64,000 bases of DNA from Phoronis australis (Eukaryota; Animalia; Phoronida), in NCBI GenBank assembly GCA_002633005.1, contig NMRA01000030.1, positions 1,510,453-1,574,452 of the forward strand, in the 5' to 3' direction. Below, piece by piece: positions 36,916-50,993 of this stretch (position 1 is the first letter of the stretch; each line of letters opens with the position of its first letter). A program made the translations under genes and the position numbers. Below the pieces are notes generated by a model. The model was not told where the DNA came from. It ran no database searches and worked only from the letters and a program-made list of their open reading frames with translations.

Positions 36916-39417
36916 CATAAGTTTTTCCTGACAATATAACAGCTAAAGTGGGTGAATATGTTGAGGGGGGCGGATGTGTGTGTATGCGTGCGTGCCTGTG
37001 CGCGTGGGTACGTGCGTGTGTGTGGTGAGAGTGAGAAAGCCTTTCATGCCTTTGTATTTATGTTTTTATACCAGTAAAACAAAAAATACAAAGGTATGAC
37101 AGCTACATGCTCTCGTTTCACCGAAAATGTTATCACCGAGCACCACTACCAGAGGAACTAAATGAATTATTGCACACAGCAGCATATCCACGATAACACA
37201 CGTGAGTCTTTCATCTATTGCCCAATGACACAAACTTAATTTATTCGGATGTTTGATAGATTCAAACAGACTCCGTAGATGCAGTAACTGTTTCGCATTC
37301 TACTAATGTGTTCGCCTGTTATTATATTAGAAAGTTTTTTTGAGTTCATTGATGGTATGCATTGTTTCTGTAAGTCACTGTCGTCAGAAAATCATTTGTA
37401 AAACTTATTAAAAGCGATTTTCTTTCATTATGTGCTTGTTCATTAGAAGATACTTGTTAATAGTCTACGGTTTATTAAGGCACAATCTCGAAGTATATTG
37501 CTTTAATTGTTTTATCAGAGACAGTTTTTCTCTTTCGCTGTTTTGTTCGCAACGAATGATTGTGGGCAGAGATATGTTGTGTGACATGTACCCGCGTCCT
37601 TATTAGCTTCAAGCACTAGCTTTATTGAAGTGTCGGAACTACCCCAAACTTCAAGTACGAGTGTTTACCTGTGTGTATTGTTGTCACTTTGTTGGCCAAG
37701 TGTGTTGCTCATACCTGTTATTGAACAGATTCTCGCAGACGCACATGTACAGTAGATGGAAGTAATCATCTGGTTGTATTCGATAGTAACACAACCTATA
37801 TATCCCAACCATTTTGTGGATTGTGGGTTGATAAGGAATTCATGGTTCCGACGGCTAGAGCATGAAACTGCCTGTGAGAAATTAAGAACCCGTTACTCAG
37901 GAACAGTGATAACAACAAATACACCTGATGTCGTGGAGGAAAGACGCTGATCCTAGATGCATACAGGTGCAAAAGAAGGAAATATGTAGAAAGCATATTA
38001 TTGGCTAGTCATTGCTCACAAACAGGTAAGATGTTGAAATGTACTTAGAACATAGACAACAAATTCACAACTCCAACGTTTCAATACGACTGATTCCCAG
38101 AGGAGGCGCCAGTCTCTTTCAAAGGGCAGCTCAGTTTCCGGTTAGTGAGCAAACGACATACTTCCGAAAACAAAACAGGCCATGATACCAGGCGCCGCTT
38201 GTAAACGATGACGTCGCCGCCTACAACCTGATATACTACAATAATGTTGGTAGTGGCTCGTGCGCAAAGCCTCAGATTTTGTGCATTGAGAATATATAGA
38301 ATTGACTTTTCATGTACTCTGTTCTGTTGCCTGTGTTGAAATGGAGAAATAAAAAGTGGTACGAAGAATCAAGAGCACTAGACCTACGTGTGCTTAGGTC
38401 AGAAGACCTATATACATGTACAGGTTAAACACCTATATACATGTAGAAGACCTATTTTAGTGTTGAAGCAAACGATAACAACACTGAAAACAAGAAAGTG
38501 GTACGTCTATCCAGACGACAGCCATTAACTGGAACATGGGAACCGAATTAGACAGGTAGGCAAAGCTTCCTGTCATACATTACACAAGGCAAACCGGGGT
38601 GAACCTCACAAAACGGAACAAGAAAGCTAAATGATGAAGACAGAATGTAAATGACATCGACTAAAACCGAGAGGAAGTCGACTAAGTTCGATGGAACGCC
38701 CCGCCGAGGAAAAGGTTGTTGCTGCTACTCGTACTACTAGCTACAATGATAACCAAGTTAGTAATAATTTTAAATTCTGATTCAAAGTGCTTCATGTAAT
38801 CATCGGACCGCACCAGGGCAACTTCGCCCGAATGGTGTTTGGCAATGCGTAGATGACAGGATGGTGCAGACGATTAGAGGATGCTTTATGTTTAATTCAT
38901 GGACATTGACTGCACGTGGTGGCTACACCATATTGTAACAAAAGAGTCTAGAAGTACATGCTTATGAGTAGCTAAGCTACATAGCAGAGAGAGGGTTCCC
39001 AAAATTCCAAAAAATGGAGCGGTGTGAATGCCTTAAAATCGACCAAAACAAAACAACAGGAGATGGGTTTGTCGTCTGCTATTTTGGCATGCTTGATAGC
39101 ATAGTACGGTAAAGGGCAGACATTTCCAAATTTCTAATTGAAAGTGATCCTCAAATATTTTATTCATCTAGTGTCCACTTTGATTGTGGATTGGTGGATT
39201 GACATGCATGCGTGTTCGCGTGTGTGCGTTTCCGTTTTTTTTAATTCAGTACACGTCGACGGTAAGTTCACGGTTGGCAGTCCTCCGTCGTTCCTCAAAA
39301 ACCACACATTCAACTACCGTGTTTCCTTGCACTGCGAAATCCCAAACAAGCATCTTTACATTCATTGATTAGGGAAAAGTAGCTTTAGACCTAATAAAAA
39401 CTTTGGTCACTGGTTAA

Positions 39418-40726
39418 AGGCGAAGACAACCTTTTTCATGTCACTTTTAGCAAAAAAATAAGGTTCGTTGATTATCCCTGACACATTTTTCACTTAATTA
39501 CAGCTTTTCGTAATTTGATTAATTTCTCGTCCTCTACTCCGGACGTTTCGGGAGGCAAGAGTTTCGCGCCAATTTCTTTTCATTATAGTCTGACTGTGAG
39601 AGCTATCGAGTCAGTCATTGTTCTACCACGGTTGTGATAAGTTCGGTCGTCGTTTGCTTTTGTTTACAAGTCAGTCAACATGCCACGCTGTTGCTGCGTG
39701 CCAGGAAGTACTCATTATCGTCTCACACGCGCTTTGGGTGCCTTTCCGAAGGATGACACACTTCGCCGTACTTGGCTAGCTCCTTCATGTGAAGAACGCA
39801 GCGCTACCCGTCCACGCAACGTACGAAGCAGTGGAGGGTTACCCAGTGTGTGGCAAGCATTTTCTGCCGCCAGATTACGACAGAGATATGTACGCTGAAT
39901 TGATGAAGGTCCCTGCGAAACAACGCTTGAAGAAGGGTACCATACCGTCGCTGTTGATTCCCGCCAGTGCCCCGTCGCCAACCCCGAGAAGTGCGTTTTT
40001 GAAGCGAGAAGCCTCGCGAGCTGTAGCCACTACATATAGTGACTGGAGGCACTTCATCAACTGTCACCCGAGCCTCCGAACATACCCCATTGCGTGCAAT
40101 TCCGGGAACTAGCAGTGATTCGCCCTGAGCTGTTGTCTCTAGCCCAGAGCCTGTAAGCAGCCCTGCAGCGATGTTGAGTAGTGGGAGTGAATACAGGCCC
40201 AGTTCGACACCCGGTGAAGAGGACAGTTCGTCATCCAATGAACAGATCGGTGAGCCTAAGTTTGATAAGTTTATTGTGGACTTGTATTGGAGCTATTTAG
40301 AAGGTGCCAGGTGTGTGACGAGGGAGTCACACGGCGGGATGTAAGCAGTTTTGGTGCTCAGATCACCCTCCACTGGGAGTGTGTCGCGGGACACTCGGGC
40401 AAGTGGGACAGTTCTTCCTCTGTACGTGAGTACACCCCAGTACGCAGCAACAACGTGGCATGTTGACTGACTCGTAAGCAAAAGCAAACGACGACCGAAA
40501 TTATCACAACCGAGGTACAACAATGACTGACTCGACTGCTCTCACAGTCAGACTATATGAAAAGAAATTGGCGCGAAATTCTTGCCTCCCAAAACGTCAC
40601 TTCCGGAGTAGACGACGAGTAATTAATTAAATTACGAAAAGCAGTAAATAAGCGAAAAAATATGTCTGAGATAATCAACGAAACTTATTTTTGCTAAAAT
40701 GACATGAAAAAATGTTGCCTTCGCCT
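39418..40726 (+). mobile_element. Kolobok-like DNA transposon derivative with ~290-bp TIRs, TTAA TSD and a THAP remnant
   Basis: TTAA|aggcgaagacaac ... tgttgccttcgcct|TTAA; long inverted arms ~39418-39713 and ~40428-40726; internal THAP coding sequence; no DDE domain seen. Confidence 0.85.
39680..40030 (+). pseudogene. Frameshifted THAP zinc-finger ORF inside the Kolobok-like element
   Basis: MPRCCCVPGSTH...FPKDDTLRRTWL, frameshift near 39785, then VCGKHFLPPDYDRDMYAELMKVPAKQRLKKGTIPSL...RSAFLKRE; C2CH signature with the second Cys changed to Ser. Confidence 0.85.
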
Positions 40727-40815
40727 TTAAAGTCTTCTCTTGTCAATCAGTGTCAATGCTGCACAGCCTCGCAGATTTCATACGAGCAACAAACTCCATT
40801 GAAAATTTTTCCAAG

Positions 40816-41744
40816 GTTACAGGTCACTATTCCGAGGGTTCACTACTCTGAAGGTTCACTACTGTGAAGGTTCATTACTCCGAACGTTCGCTACCTTCGA
40901 AAGTTCCTTACTTCGAATGTTCACAATTTCGAAACCAGAATACCGACATTTCATCACTCTGATTGTCAGCTAATGAGTCCGGAATGACATGAATGAAGCT
41001 TTACATTAGTGTCCATTTAGTAACTATTTAAAAGGTGTGCGAGAGTTGAATACTTATTAAAACATTGTTTATAAATTACTGACAATCGTGATTCTTGAAT
41101 CTAAGTAACGACTCATTCTGAAGCAGGGACAAAATCTAGGGCGCAGGTCAGGGCTGCGGCGACCAACGGTGGTTTTAAATTTTATAAGACTGAATGAGAC
41201 TCTGTGAAGACTTTGTGAAGACTGGCAGGGACAAGGTAGCCTACTAACTAGATTTAGTTTCGGTAAGGCAATGCACGTGGTTCTGGTGGGTAGGAGGTTG
41301 AGGCGCAGCGGCCCTAAACCTTTCAGTCACGCTGTGAAATGATGCGACCTTGACGTGGATTTATAAATGCATCGTGGTTGATAATTCATCAATATTCCTT
41401 CTTTATTCTCTTTCAGAAATGCAAGTACGTACACCTGTACTCATTTTTGCGTATTCTTAAGGCATGTCGGCAATTTCGCATGAGCACAAAATCAAAATAA
41501 AGTGTTTTTAGTACTCGGGCGTTGTTTTCGGTATAGCTGCAAAGCTGAGTGCATCTAATAACCGAAGTGTAGTTTATTTTTGCATGCAAAAGTATAAAAC
41601 TTACGCCTGGGTCCAACATTTTAGATGTTATTGGAGTGAGTGAGCCTTCGGAGTAGTGAACCTTCGAAGAAGTGAACCTTTGAAATAATGAACCTCCGTA
41701 GTTAGCCTTCGGAGTAGTGAATCGTCAGAATAATGGGTTGTTCC
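40816..41744. mobile_element. Foldback-type element with inverted subterminal ~16-bp tandem arrays
   Basis: (gaaggttcactactcc)-like repeats at 40830-40932 mirrored by (ggagtagtgaaccttc)-like repeats at 41632-41735; no TSD found. Confidence 0.7.
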
Positions 41745-41959
41745 CATCTCCTGCGATGTGAGCAACTTACGTAAAAGGCAAACGAAAAATCAGATATTAT
41801 TAAACAATTACGCCAATTCATTCCTCGACTAAATATTTCCGTCCGAGTATGTAATGAGGTGTACTCACTAATTTAAGAGCACGCCTAATTTGAAAGTTTG
41901 GCGAGAAGTAACGCGAGAACGTTCTCTTTTTATCGTGGGCCATTCCATTAAAAGTGTCG

Positions 41960-42930
41960 TGCGTAATTATGCTCATAATCACGACCAAGATTTCGCTCGT
42001 GTTTAACAACCAAAATTGCTCGCCCATAATCACGGTCGTGATCACGGCCGAGACTTCGCTCGTGTTTTAAGACTGAAATCGTCCGTCCACATTTATGCTC
42101 GTGATTACGACAAAGATTTCTCCCGTCTCTTACTAGCGCAATCGTTCACCCGTAATTACGAGCCTTATTACGACAGAGACTTTGTTCGTGTTAAACTACC
42201 GAAATCGCTATATCCAATAAGAAATTGGTTTGTAGGTCACGTGGGTTCTAAAGAAGTTTTACGATCGAATTTTTCGCTCGTAATTTTAGCAAGTATAGTC
42301 ATTATATTTAAGTACGAGTCCACGAGCCCACCAGCAGCCATTAAATTAATACGCAGCTGATATTGTTTTTGACATGCAAACGGTTTCTTATTCAAATGTT
42401 TTGAATAAAGAGTGAGTGATTTACCACAATTCTACTACATAACCCCCTAAAACCGATTTGAACCAATGTTTTTGCAATGTCATATGTCATCTGCAGGCAT
42501 TGCCTAAATAATTGAAAAAGCATGGTTATTTTAAGAAATAACATAAAAGCATTGTCAGACAACCTGCTTGATATACATTTAGGCACATCAATATGTACAA
42601 AAACTGAACACTTTCAAGTGCCTAGGATTGTTAGGGCAGCAAGTAAAAACATTTCAATAAGTCCTTATATGTTCAACCTTTTGCACTTATGTACTTTGCA
42701 CCTGAGATTTTACTTTCTGAAAACTTCGTAACATTTGAAAAATACCAGCGTAAATTTAAGAACGTAGAATTACGAGCCAAAAATACGAGCGTAAAATTAC
42801 GAACCTAAAACTACGAGCGAAAAATATGAGTGTAAAATAACGAGCGCACAACTGTTTCAGAGCTCACGTAACCAACAAACCAATTTCTCATTGGATATAA
42901 CGATCTCGGTCGTAATTACGCGACAACTTC
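41960..42930. repeat. Inverted-repeat element with ctcgt/tacgag subrepeats
   Basis: tatccaataagaaattggtttgtaggtcacgtg (42211) is mirrored by cacgtaaccaacaaaccaatttctcattggata (~42865-42897); arrays of tacgagc at 42770-42846 and gctcgt at 41995-42110. Confidence 0.6.
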
Positions 42931-45771
42931 ACCCGTATGGGCCACATTACATCCGAATTTGAGCTGCATTCTTTGCGAGTAATCGTTACGGCATCCTGAT
43001 TTATGGTATTACAGATTTCGTCCTATCTCAGGAACGTAGAGCTGAGCGCCCCCTAATTAAGCTGCGTCAATGTCGTTATCGAGAACTCTACAGTGTCGAC
43101 GTTTACAAAATATCAAAGGTCCACGGTTCTAGAGATTCGAACCACCCCTCGCGCAATGCTGGCTACGGGCCTGATTACAGCAACGAAAAATCCACAGATC
43201 TCTGCCAGTCAGCCTATCAGAGAGTTGAAGGAATCTTTTTGCGACGACAATAGCTCTCCAACATGTTGAAATCACCAAAGAAACACGCCCCACTACAGCA
43301 CTGTGTGTAGCGTGTAAGCAAGGGTACTTTATACGCTTTTAGCACAGGAAGTAAACAGCAGTTTACTTTTGAGCCGTGTTTCAGAGCTGTTCAAATATTG
43401 AATGTTCAAAGCACAGGTCTTTGAATCTATCTATTCCATATGTCCACCGTGGCACTTCTAACACTCACTGCAACACAACATATAGTTCCTGCATGGTTGA
43501 GTCAACGGCAAGGTCTTGCGCCTGTGGTTCAAAGAATGCGCCAGGTGAATAAGTGATATTGATTTTATGTTTGAATATACAGTAAGAGGAATACGCCTGG
43601 AAATCGTTGCTGGATACTTCCATTATACAGGTGTTAGTCGAATTCGGAAAAGAAAATTGAGATGACGGGACACCTTTATTTTACAACGGCAACAGCTATT
43701 TAAATATAGTTTTAATACTCCCCAGGGATTTCATATAAAGCGTTCTTCACCAGAAAACATCTTATGGCGCTTGATTTGAAAGAAGAAAACGCGCCAATAA
43801 GCACGTTTTCCGGAACATATTTTCTACCGGTATGAACTCTTACAGTAACAACCAATCGATCAAAATATTGCTTAGTTCAGCTGTGAATGAGAAAAGCATA
43901 GTTTTTTAGCTGTGACCTACTTTCGATGCAAAATGTGGCTGTCGCTTGCTTTCAACCCATGTCGCCAGCTGACTGAGGAACCGGGTGCGATTTCAGGTGG
44001 CTGTCAGACAAATCAAAATTACCAAAACAGCAGCTGGTATGGGGTACTATGACCACATTTTTGGAATCTAGACAGAATGAGCATTCTGTATCTGTAGTCT
44101 GATTTTTTCTAGCAGTTGCAGGGAACAGGAAAAATTTGGGAAGAAAATTGTCAAATTTGATCTTTTTTGGCCCTTTTTTGCGTGCCGGTATTTTTCCGTA
44201 TGTGAATTAGGCGATTGAAAGTTTGTGGCATGGTTAAGTTTCAGTTAACATGAGTACTGCTTTTGAGTTGGGAACGCCAAAAAGCTTTTGTTTTAATTTT
44301 CCCACACTAGATAGGACGTGGGATAAGGACTCGTCTCTACTTGGGTGTGTGTCGGCAGCCAAAACCCTGTAATAACTGCAGTGTGCCTCCTTACATTTTC
44401 AAATCTCATATAAACGAAGAGACGCATTATTTGTGAAAATGATGCCTGGACGTTACAAATTACTTCCCTGTGCGTTACTATTTTCCAAAAAGTAAAAGTT
44501 TGTCCGTGACCTACTGTAGTATATACTAGCGGGCTATTGGCCAATTTTATAATACAACGGTTGCGGCATACTTTGAAAAGACTGCGGCAGCACTTTCTAC
44601 ATGTATGCATATCTTTTTGTGCACTATGCTTTAGGTATTAGCTTGAACTTTCCAAAGGGTTAACTCCCAGCTTTAACAAAAGGTGGCGTCAAACACTCGT
44701 CTAGCAAGAAAAGGAGAATATGTTTATTGCAAACTGTTATTCGGCGTCCAATGAGTAGATCAACTACGACAAAGAACCTCTCTTGTAATTACACATGTAC
44801 ACCTGCGCAATCAAACAAAAGCTACAGGTACTAGAATATTCCTGCAAATCTGTTAACCTAAACATTTTGAAAATGCGTTCGTATTTTCGTCTACTGTAAA
44901 GCACCTTTCCCACTATTTCCTCCAAGTGGTCAAAAATAAGATGTACTGGTTCTTTTTAAAGAAACATTTTTCATGGTAAACATAATTTGTTTCAGTCGGA
45001 AGGTATTAGTCGATCAATACTCGGTAATTCGCCCTCTTTTTCAAGTCAAAAAGCCGTTTATCACGATGGGTTAATCTAATTCATTCCGTCTTAGCGCCTG
45101 TAATGTACATCTGCCATCAATTGACGCTAGAACATGAACGCGCACATCTCCATACAGTAATAAAGGCTGTCTTTTGATTTAACGCTCTTACTGTTATCAA
45201 TCCCATCGCTCCTTACGTAGGTTAGAGAAACATGTGCAGCTGTAAGCAGTGGGCTTAGTAAGCCATAGATAGTTCGCTGTTTTTTGAGATCATGGGATTG
45301 TTTCTCGAAGAGTCTTTTGACTTTTGACTAAACGTCAGTGTACGCATGGCTTAGCCTGTTTCATGATCTGGCCAGCATGAACTGATTAAGCACTATGTTA
45401 TCAGTATCAATCCCTTCCTAGCTCAGAAACCTTTCATCGTCTGAAAGCAATTTTACAGCGGGAAGAGGCCCAAAAATTGCTTGGCCCCCTTTTTAAGTGT
45501 GTTGATGCACCAAAGCCTGTGCAACTTTGTAATCAAATGTACCGCTCATTAAATATACCTCAGACAATAATAAGGTTAACAACCATTAAAATGTATAGCC
45601 AGACCTCTGTGTCTCGTAACTAAACGGAAAGTTGCATAGAAATCCAATAATAGATAACGTGATTATTGGATTTTGGCCACTCACCATGAGAGAATGGCTG
45701 GAGGGCAAACCATGAAGATATTTTGATTTGCATGTAATTGCATGCTAGCTTAGGTTGAACGAGTTACTTAC

Positions 45772-45836
45772 CAGTGGCCATCTCAGGGGCAGTTTTGCCA
45801 TCATAGTTCTTCATAAGATAGGTCAAGACTTCAGCT
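45772..45836 (-). CDS. Cys-loop chloride channel, coding exon 2 (N-terminal helix, YD..P motif)
   Basis: ttcaacag|...|gtaagt; 65 nt, phase 2-1; AEVLTYLMKNYDGKTAPEMATG fits the LL..YD...P start of pLGICs. Confidence 0.82.
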
Positions 45837-46009
45837 CTGTTGAAACAAATAAACATTTACAAGTGTTGTTTTAGGATTGCTCGGCAAAGAACATAACATG
45901 GATGAACATATAGCATGTCGAACAGCTGATTTATGTAAATTAATCAGAATACTTGCAGTGGACTACTTTCTAGTTTTAGGTAGTAAAAGTCATATTTTTG
46001 TCCGGTTAT

Positions 46010-46200
46010 CACATTTCAAAAAACATTTCTGAGTGGTAATTATAGCTTTTTATTGAACCAAGATTTAATTTTCTAGCCACTATAATGTTGAGAAGCATGT
46101 AATGTATCTTGAACTGTAATTCTGTAATCGAAGTTTTCACCCTGGCTGTCAAAGACCAATCACGAATAGCGGTCATTTGTTTCATTTTTTCAAATGCCAA
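46010..46200 (-). mobile_element. Small Tx1/L1-like LINE remnant
   Basis: VKTSITELQFKIHYMLLNIIVARKLNL resembles the LQFKIL..I..TN..L motif seen at 36470. Confidence 0.45.
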
Positions 46201-49200
46201 GTGCCTGTGTCAGGAACGATCGTATCTGATTATTGTGTTGCTAACTGGGTTTTATTTCTAGAAAATGATATTCGTTTTTGTCTTGTCTGTTCCGTACTGT
46301 AGTGATGGGCTGACTGAGACTAGGTCACTCCGCATGTGCCCAGCAACCATGTTATCATCAATCGTGGTACAACGCAATACAGTCTTTTTCCATCAAATGC
46401 ACTTACACTGTACATGTTGGAGTGACTTCCATAAAGTTCTACGAAGGCTCGAAGCACCATTTTTTAAAATGGGCTGAGTACAACGTGGCCCCTGAAGGGA
46501 TCGCTTGCTCCACAGTGTACTACCAAGCTGCCGTGCCTGACGCACGAACCTAAGTACCATTTCTAATTAAGCGATATTAGGGTCTTTCGGAAACACAAAA
46601 AAATGAAGTATTGTCTGCCCGGTTGTTATACTGCATCCTCCAAACACACACGTTTTATAATGCCAGTCTCCGGCACTACTCAACTGTTTTCGAAACCACT
46701 CCAGCTCACGGCTGGTGTAAAACAACGCAATGGCGGACACCGGAGTTCTACTGCTGACGTCATACAAAATTATATATTTTTTCATTCTTGCGTTCATTTC
46801 TTGATTAAAAGTGGACAAATTGTAGAATGAAAACTTAAAATGTCACACCAAAATCGTTGCTAGTCGAATTCAATTACTTATGATCATGGTGTGAAGGGTT
46901 TAAAAATGTCGCGCAGTTTCAAAGTCACAGTGAATGGGCGCACAACAGTCTCAGATACGCCGCTATTTTGGCTTAAGGTAAGATTGGTCAAAGATCTTCA
47001 CTAAGCCTATTGGGCAAACAACCGTTTTCAACATTGAATTCTTAGTGGGGACTCTTTCAGAATTCCCCGATACTCACCAGTAATCCTTTACAAGTTAGCA
47101 GAACAACGTAACAGACCAAGAATATTCAAGCCTGGAAAAATGTCAAATCGAATGGCTTTTCACGGTGTGCTATTGTATGTGCTTAGCAAGTCCATAAATC
47201 ACTGATCATCCAAATAAGAAACAAGTTGAAACCAAGTTTGTGGCCGCAAGTGGTCTAAAGCAAAAGTTTGCAAGATTTATGCATAATCTTATTTTAGCTC
47301 AGCCAAGCTCGGTCAAATTTAGCTGAGCATATCATACGTTTTAATACATGTATGCATGCTCAATAAGCCCTGTACTTGATGAAGCCTGGATGTTTTAATT
47401 ACGGTATCTATTGAGTCGATAAATATCCCAGATGAGTTAAGATAAAACTCAACTCCCCGTGGTCAATGGAAGACGCTATTTAACAACTGTGATCTTGTAC
47501 ATTGCAACTCGTAATAAGACAATCCCACATGGCCGTCCCTGCCTCTCTTTCTTACATGTATGTTACCCCCAAGGACTTTAGAAAAAAATTTCAGCCGACG
47601 TACCATATGGTGCTATATATTGCCGTAAAAGAATTAAATCACTGTAAAATAGCAATATATGAATATTCTGATGCCACGAAGCCCATTTCCAGGGTGTTTG
47701 ATTTGTGAGGAAAGACTATTGTTGTTTCTTCAATGAGCCACTTCTGTTTAAGTGCCCATTATTTAAGTGGAAATTTCATGAAATGGATATTAACCAAGAC
47801 TAACACAAATCAAGTAAGTCGACGCTTCATTATTAACTGATGCTCAGTCAATCCGACCCAATACATCTATTCAGAAAGAGTAGTTCCTTAAGGTACTTTT
47901 TGAAATTTAAAATGTTGACAAACTTATTTGGCATTGCACTAAGCACATTATGATTATATAAGGTGATTCAAAATGTGAAGAAAATGTTCTTAAGTACAAA
48001 GGCCTGAAATCTATTTGCTGGGAGCTACAGATGTACCTTCGTCTGTCCAGAAGTCCCTGAATCTGACTCTTTAAACTCTACCTTAATGTCACTTCTAGGG
48101 CTACCACGGACGGAGATCTAAGAACTTATCACATCAAAGTGAGATCAATTGAATGAGCTTGCTCTTCATTTTTACATCTGGGCGTGAGCTGTCAGCTCAG
48201 CTTTCGTTCATTTGAGGCAGAGAGACGAGTTCGTAGCTTTCCGTATGTGGTGACCCCAACAGCCTTCCCATGCTAATATTCTGACTAATCACGTGTTAAA
48301 AGCAGGCAATCATGCTTAATATGCTTATAGTGTTCCTCCCTTAAAAGCTTAGGGGGGTTTGCTAAGCTGAAATATGCCATGGAAACTAGGTATTTTGCCA
48401 GTCAAAATCAGCAACTTCAGATTTGAGGGCAAGTCCATGTTAGAAGCCCATGAGCCTTGGAATGACTCATTGTTGAAACTTGGATGTGTTTCTAAGCTGA
48501 ATTGGGTATCGTTAACATGGAGTATGGGTATTTTCACAATCAAATCACCAGTATTTTAGGCTTGATGACAGTCATGTTGGAAGACAGGCAGCCACGTTCA
48601 GATCGTTTTAGTGAGAGTTAAGGGAGTTGCCAAGGTCGAACGTACACTGTTGCAATGGAATTACAACAGTGTGATAACCTGCACACGCTACGTACAAACA
48701 GCATTTTAAACAATTTAAACGGCCTAGACTGTCACTGTTTTATCAAAATATGCCATAACCATAAGGAAACTTTTGAAAATTCAAAAAGTGATGGTCAAGG
48801 CAACTCACATAAACATGAAAATGGCCTTTTAACAACATAAAATCTGCGTACACCTAATGCGACAGATGATGATTTGCGTAGATTAATAACTAAAATCAAA
48901 GAAATATGGGTGCCATGCCAAAACCAGTGGCACTAGTTTGAAAATAAAAAATTCGTTGTCATCGTACTTGTAGAAATAGACCTGTCAGCTGCTTCGCCGC
49001 CAAGATAAAAACTAAGTAAAACGCACACAACAAAACGAAATAAATAATTTAAAGCAGTTACTTTGGTTGGCTTTACCAAAGGTGTGACATAAATACCGAT
49101 ATATGTAGCATAATTTTATAAACCCAATACAGACAGCGGATGTGCACATTCATCACAAAGTATTCAAGGCAAGGAATTAATTCACATGATTCTCTTTAGA

Positions 49201-50993
49201 TTAGTTTTTGTAGCAAAACTTGCCTTCTTTTTAAGATGTTTGACTTATTCATTAGCTTTACAAATACAACAACCTTTAATGACAGAGTCTTGCTTTACAT
49301 GTGAGGTTTAGCTTATAGTAATATTAGACTTTTTTTCTATTTCTTTTAAGAATATGTCAGAAAAAGTTCTATAGCCCAAATTCAAAATGGATATTATTAA
49401 ATAGTTTGGCATGATTTTGCTATCTTCCCAAAATATTCATATTGCTTACTGCCAACCCCATACCCCACCCTCATTGTTCTTGAATATGATTAGCTGCATC
49501 AATTGTTCTTTGGGTAAGAATTATTAATGAATACAGTACTATTGTCTTTCAGGCAAAGAAATGGTTACATGATCATCTAATGGAAATAAAATACCTGGGT
49601 CACCGTGTACTGGACTGGAATGTGCAATCTTATAAAAACAGGATGCCCAGTGTATTGATCTGATAATTTGACTGCTTTTGTTTGTCATAACTTGTTGGTG
49701 CAAAGCTTCCCACTAACAAGCCGTGTCCTGAAAGGCTTACATGTACCTTCTTGTACGAATAAAAGGCCAGTCAATATTTCTATTTTGTAAGGAAGCACAT
49801 CGATCTATGCTTTCCATGGTAATCTTTTGGAACACGTGCCGTTTTGCTTAACAATTTAATTCAACATTATTATGGGATAGATTTAGTCAATCAATAGACT
49901 TTATTAGTTGTCAAGGTACATATTATATCTGACTGGCAGAAAACACACGAAGAAAACGACTGACCTTTTATCCGAAGAAATGCAATGAACTTAAATGCAA
50001 GTGTATAGTCTTAAACTGCATAAAATGAATGAAACCTGTGACAGCAAATACAACTGGATCAGGTTATCGATATCGTTGTTTTTCTGTCAATGTACTTTTC
50101 GTATTTGCTAAATTTTACTAAAAAGAAATGGTCACGTGATACAATTAATGACAGATTGGTAAAAAGTGCAAAATCAAATTCTTCAGGCTCTCTAGTTTAA
50201 GAAAATATATACATGTACTTGAAAACTTGATTCCAGACTGTTTAGCAACATCCCTAAAAAGTTGATGTTATCGGTTTTACATCAGAACGACACATTATTG
50301 AAATTTGTAGCTGTAAAGGTTACATTTCTTGATAATGAGCTTGGACCAGAGCTCTAAAATAACAAGTTCCGTAGTGTTTTTGTGATTTTATTACGTCACC
50401 AATTCTCGCGTCGTCTGACAGACCTTCGTTGAACTCGAGGCCAGTGACTTTTACCAGTTAAATTCGCTTAAAACAATCTGCCACTTATCAAGTGGGATTG
50501 AATTCGTCAGCAGAGCTTTCTTTAAACCGTGACCGCGCAGGTTCTATTCAGCGCCAAGGCAGATCTTAGAAAATCACAAAATTGATTCCATCCTCTTGGT
50601 GCAAAACTCAGTTATCGGAATCTAGCTTTACCTGTAAAAGCCGTACTCCGTTTAAAAAAAAACAATAGATTGACATATTGGAATGAGGTATTAAAATACT
50701 TCATAGCATTCTAACGTTAAAAGCAGATACATTTTAATAAGGAAACATAATATATAATTAAGGTAAATGTCTGTCGAAATTAAAAATGTACTAACCATGA
50801 AAGTAGTCAGTGGCTGTCCGATTTCTACCGAATTCCTCTCGTAACCGGTTTTAGAAAGCATGAGTTTTAAAAAGTTATTTTACACGCTTTAATCGGTTGC
50901 ACCAAGTATTACTCAGACTCCCGCGTGTTCTTTTATGCTGGTGTTGCCTGCTGAATAGCCGCGACGCAATTTATTAAAATGTCGGAAACATAC

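Noticed and set aside
37730-38026. Exon-like + strand block with a faint pogo DDE-like string (LWVDKEFM...LILDAYR)
   Set aside because: Stops in all frames and similarity too weak to support either a nested gene or a transposase.
40830-40932. Regularly spaced ~16-bp repeats superficially like a CRISPR array (also 35488-35700 and 42770-42846)
   Set aside because: No unique spacers or cas genes, units are degenerate and contiguous, and some are mirrored as inverted arrays, which fits foldback transposon subterminal repeats.
48097-48120. Partial REST/RE1-like motif (accacggac) in the channel intron; half-site near 63323
   Set aside because: Only about half of the consensus positions match, which is expected by chance.
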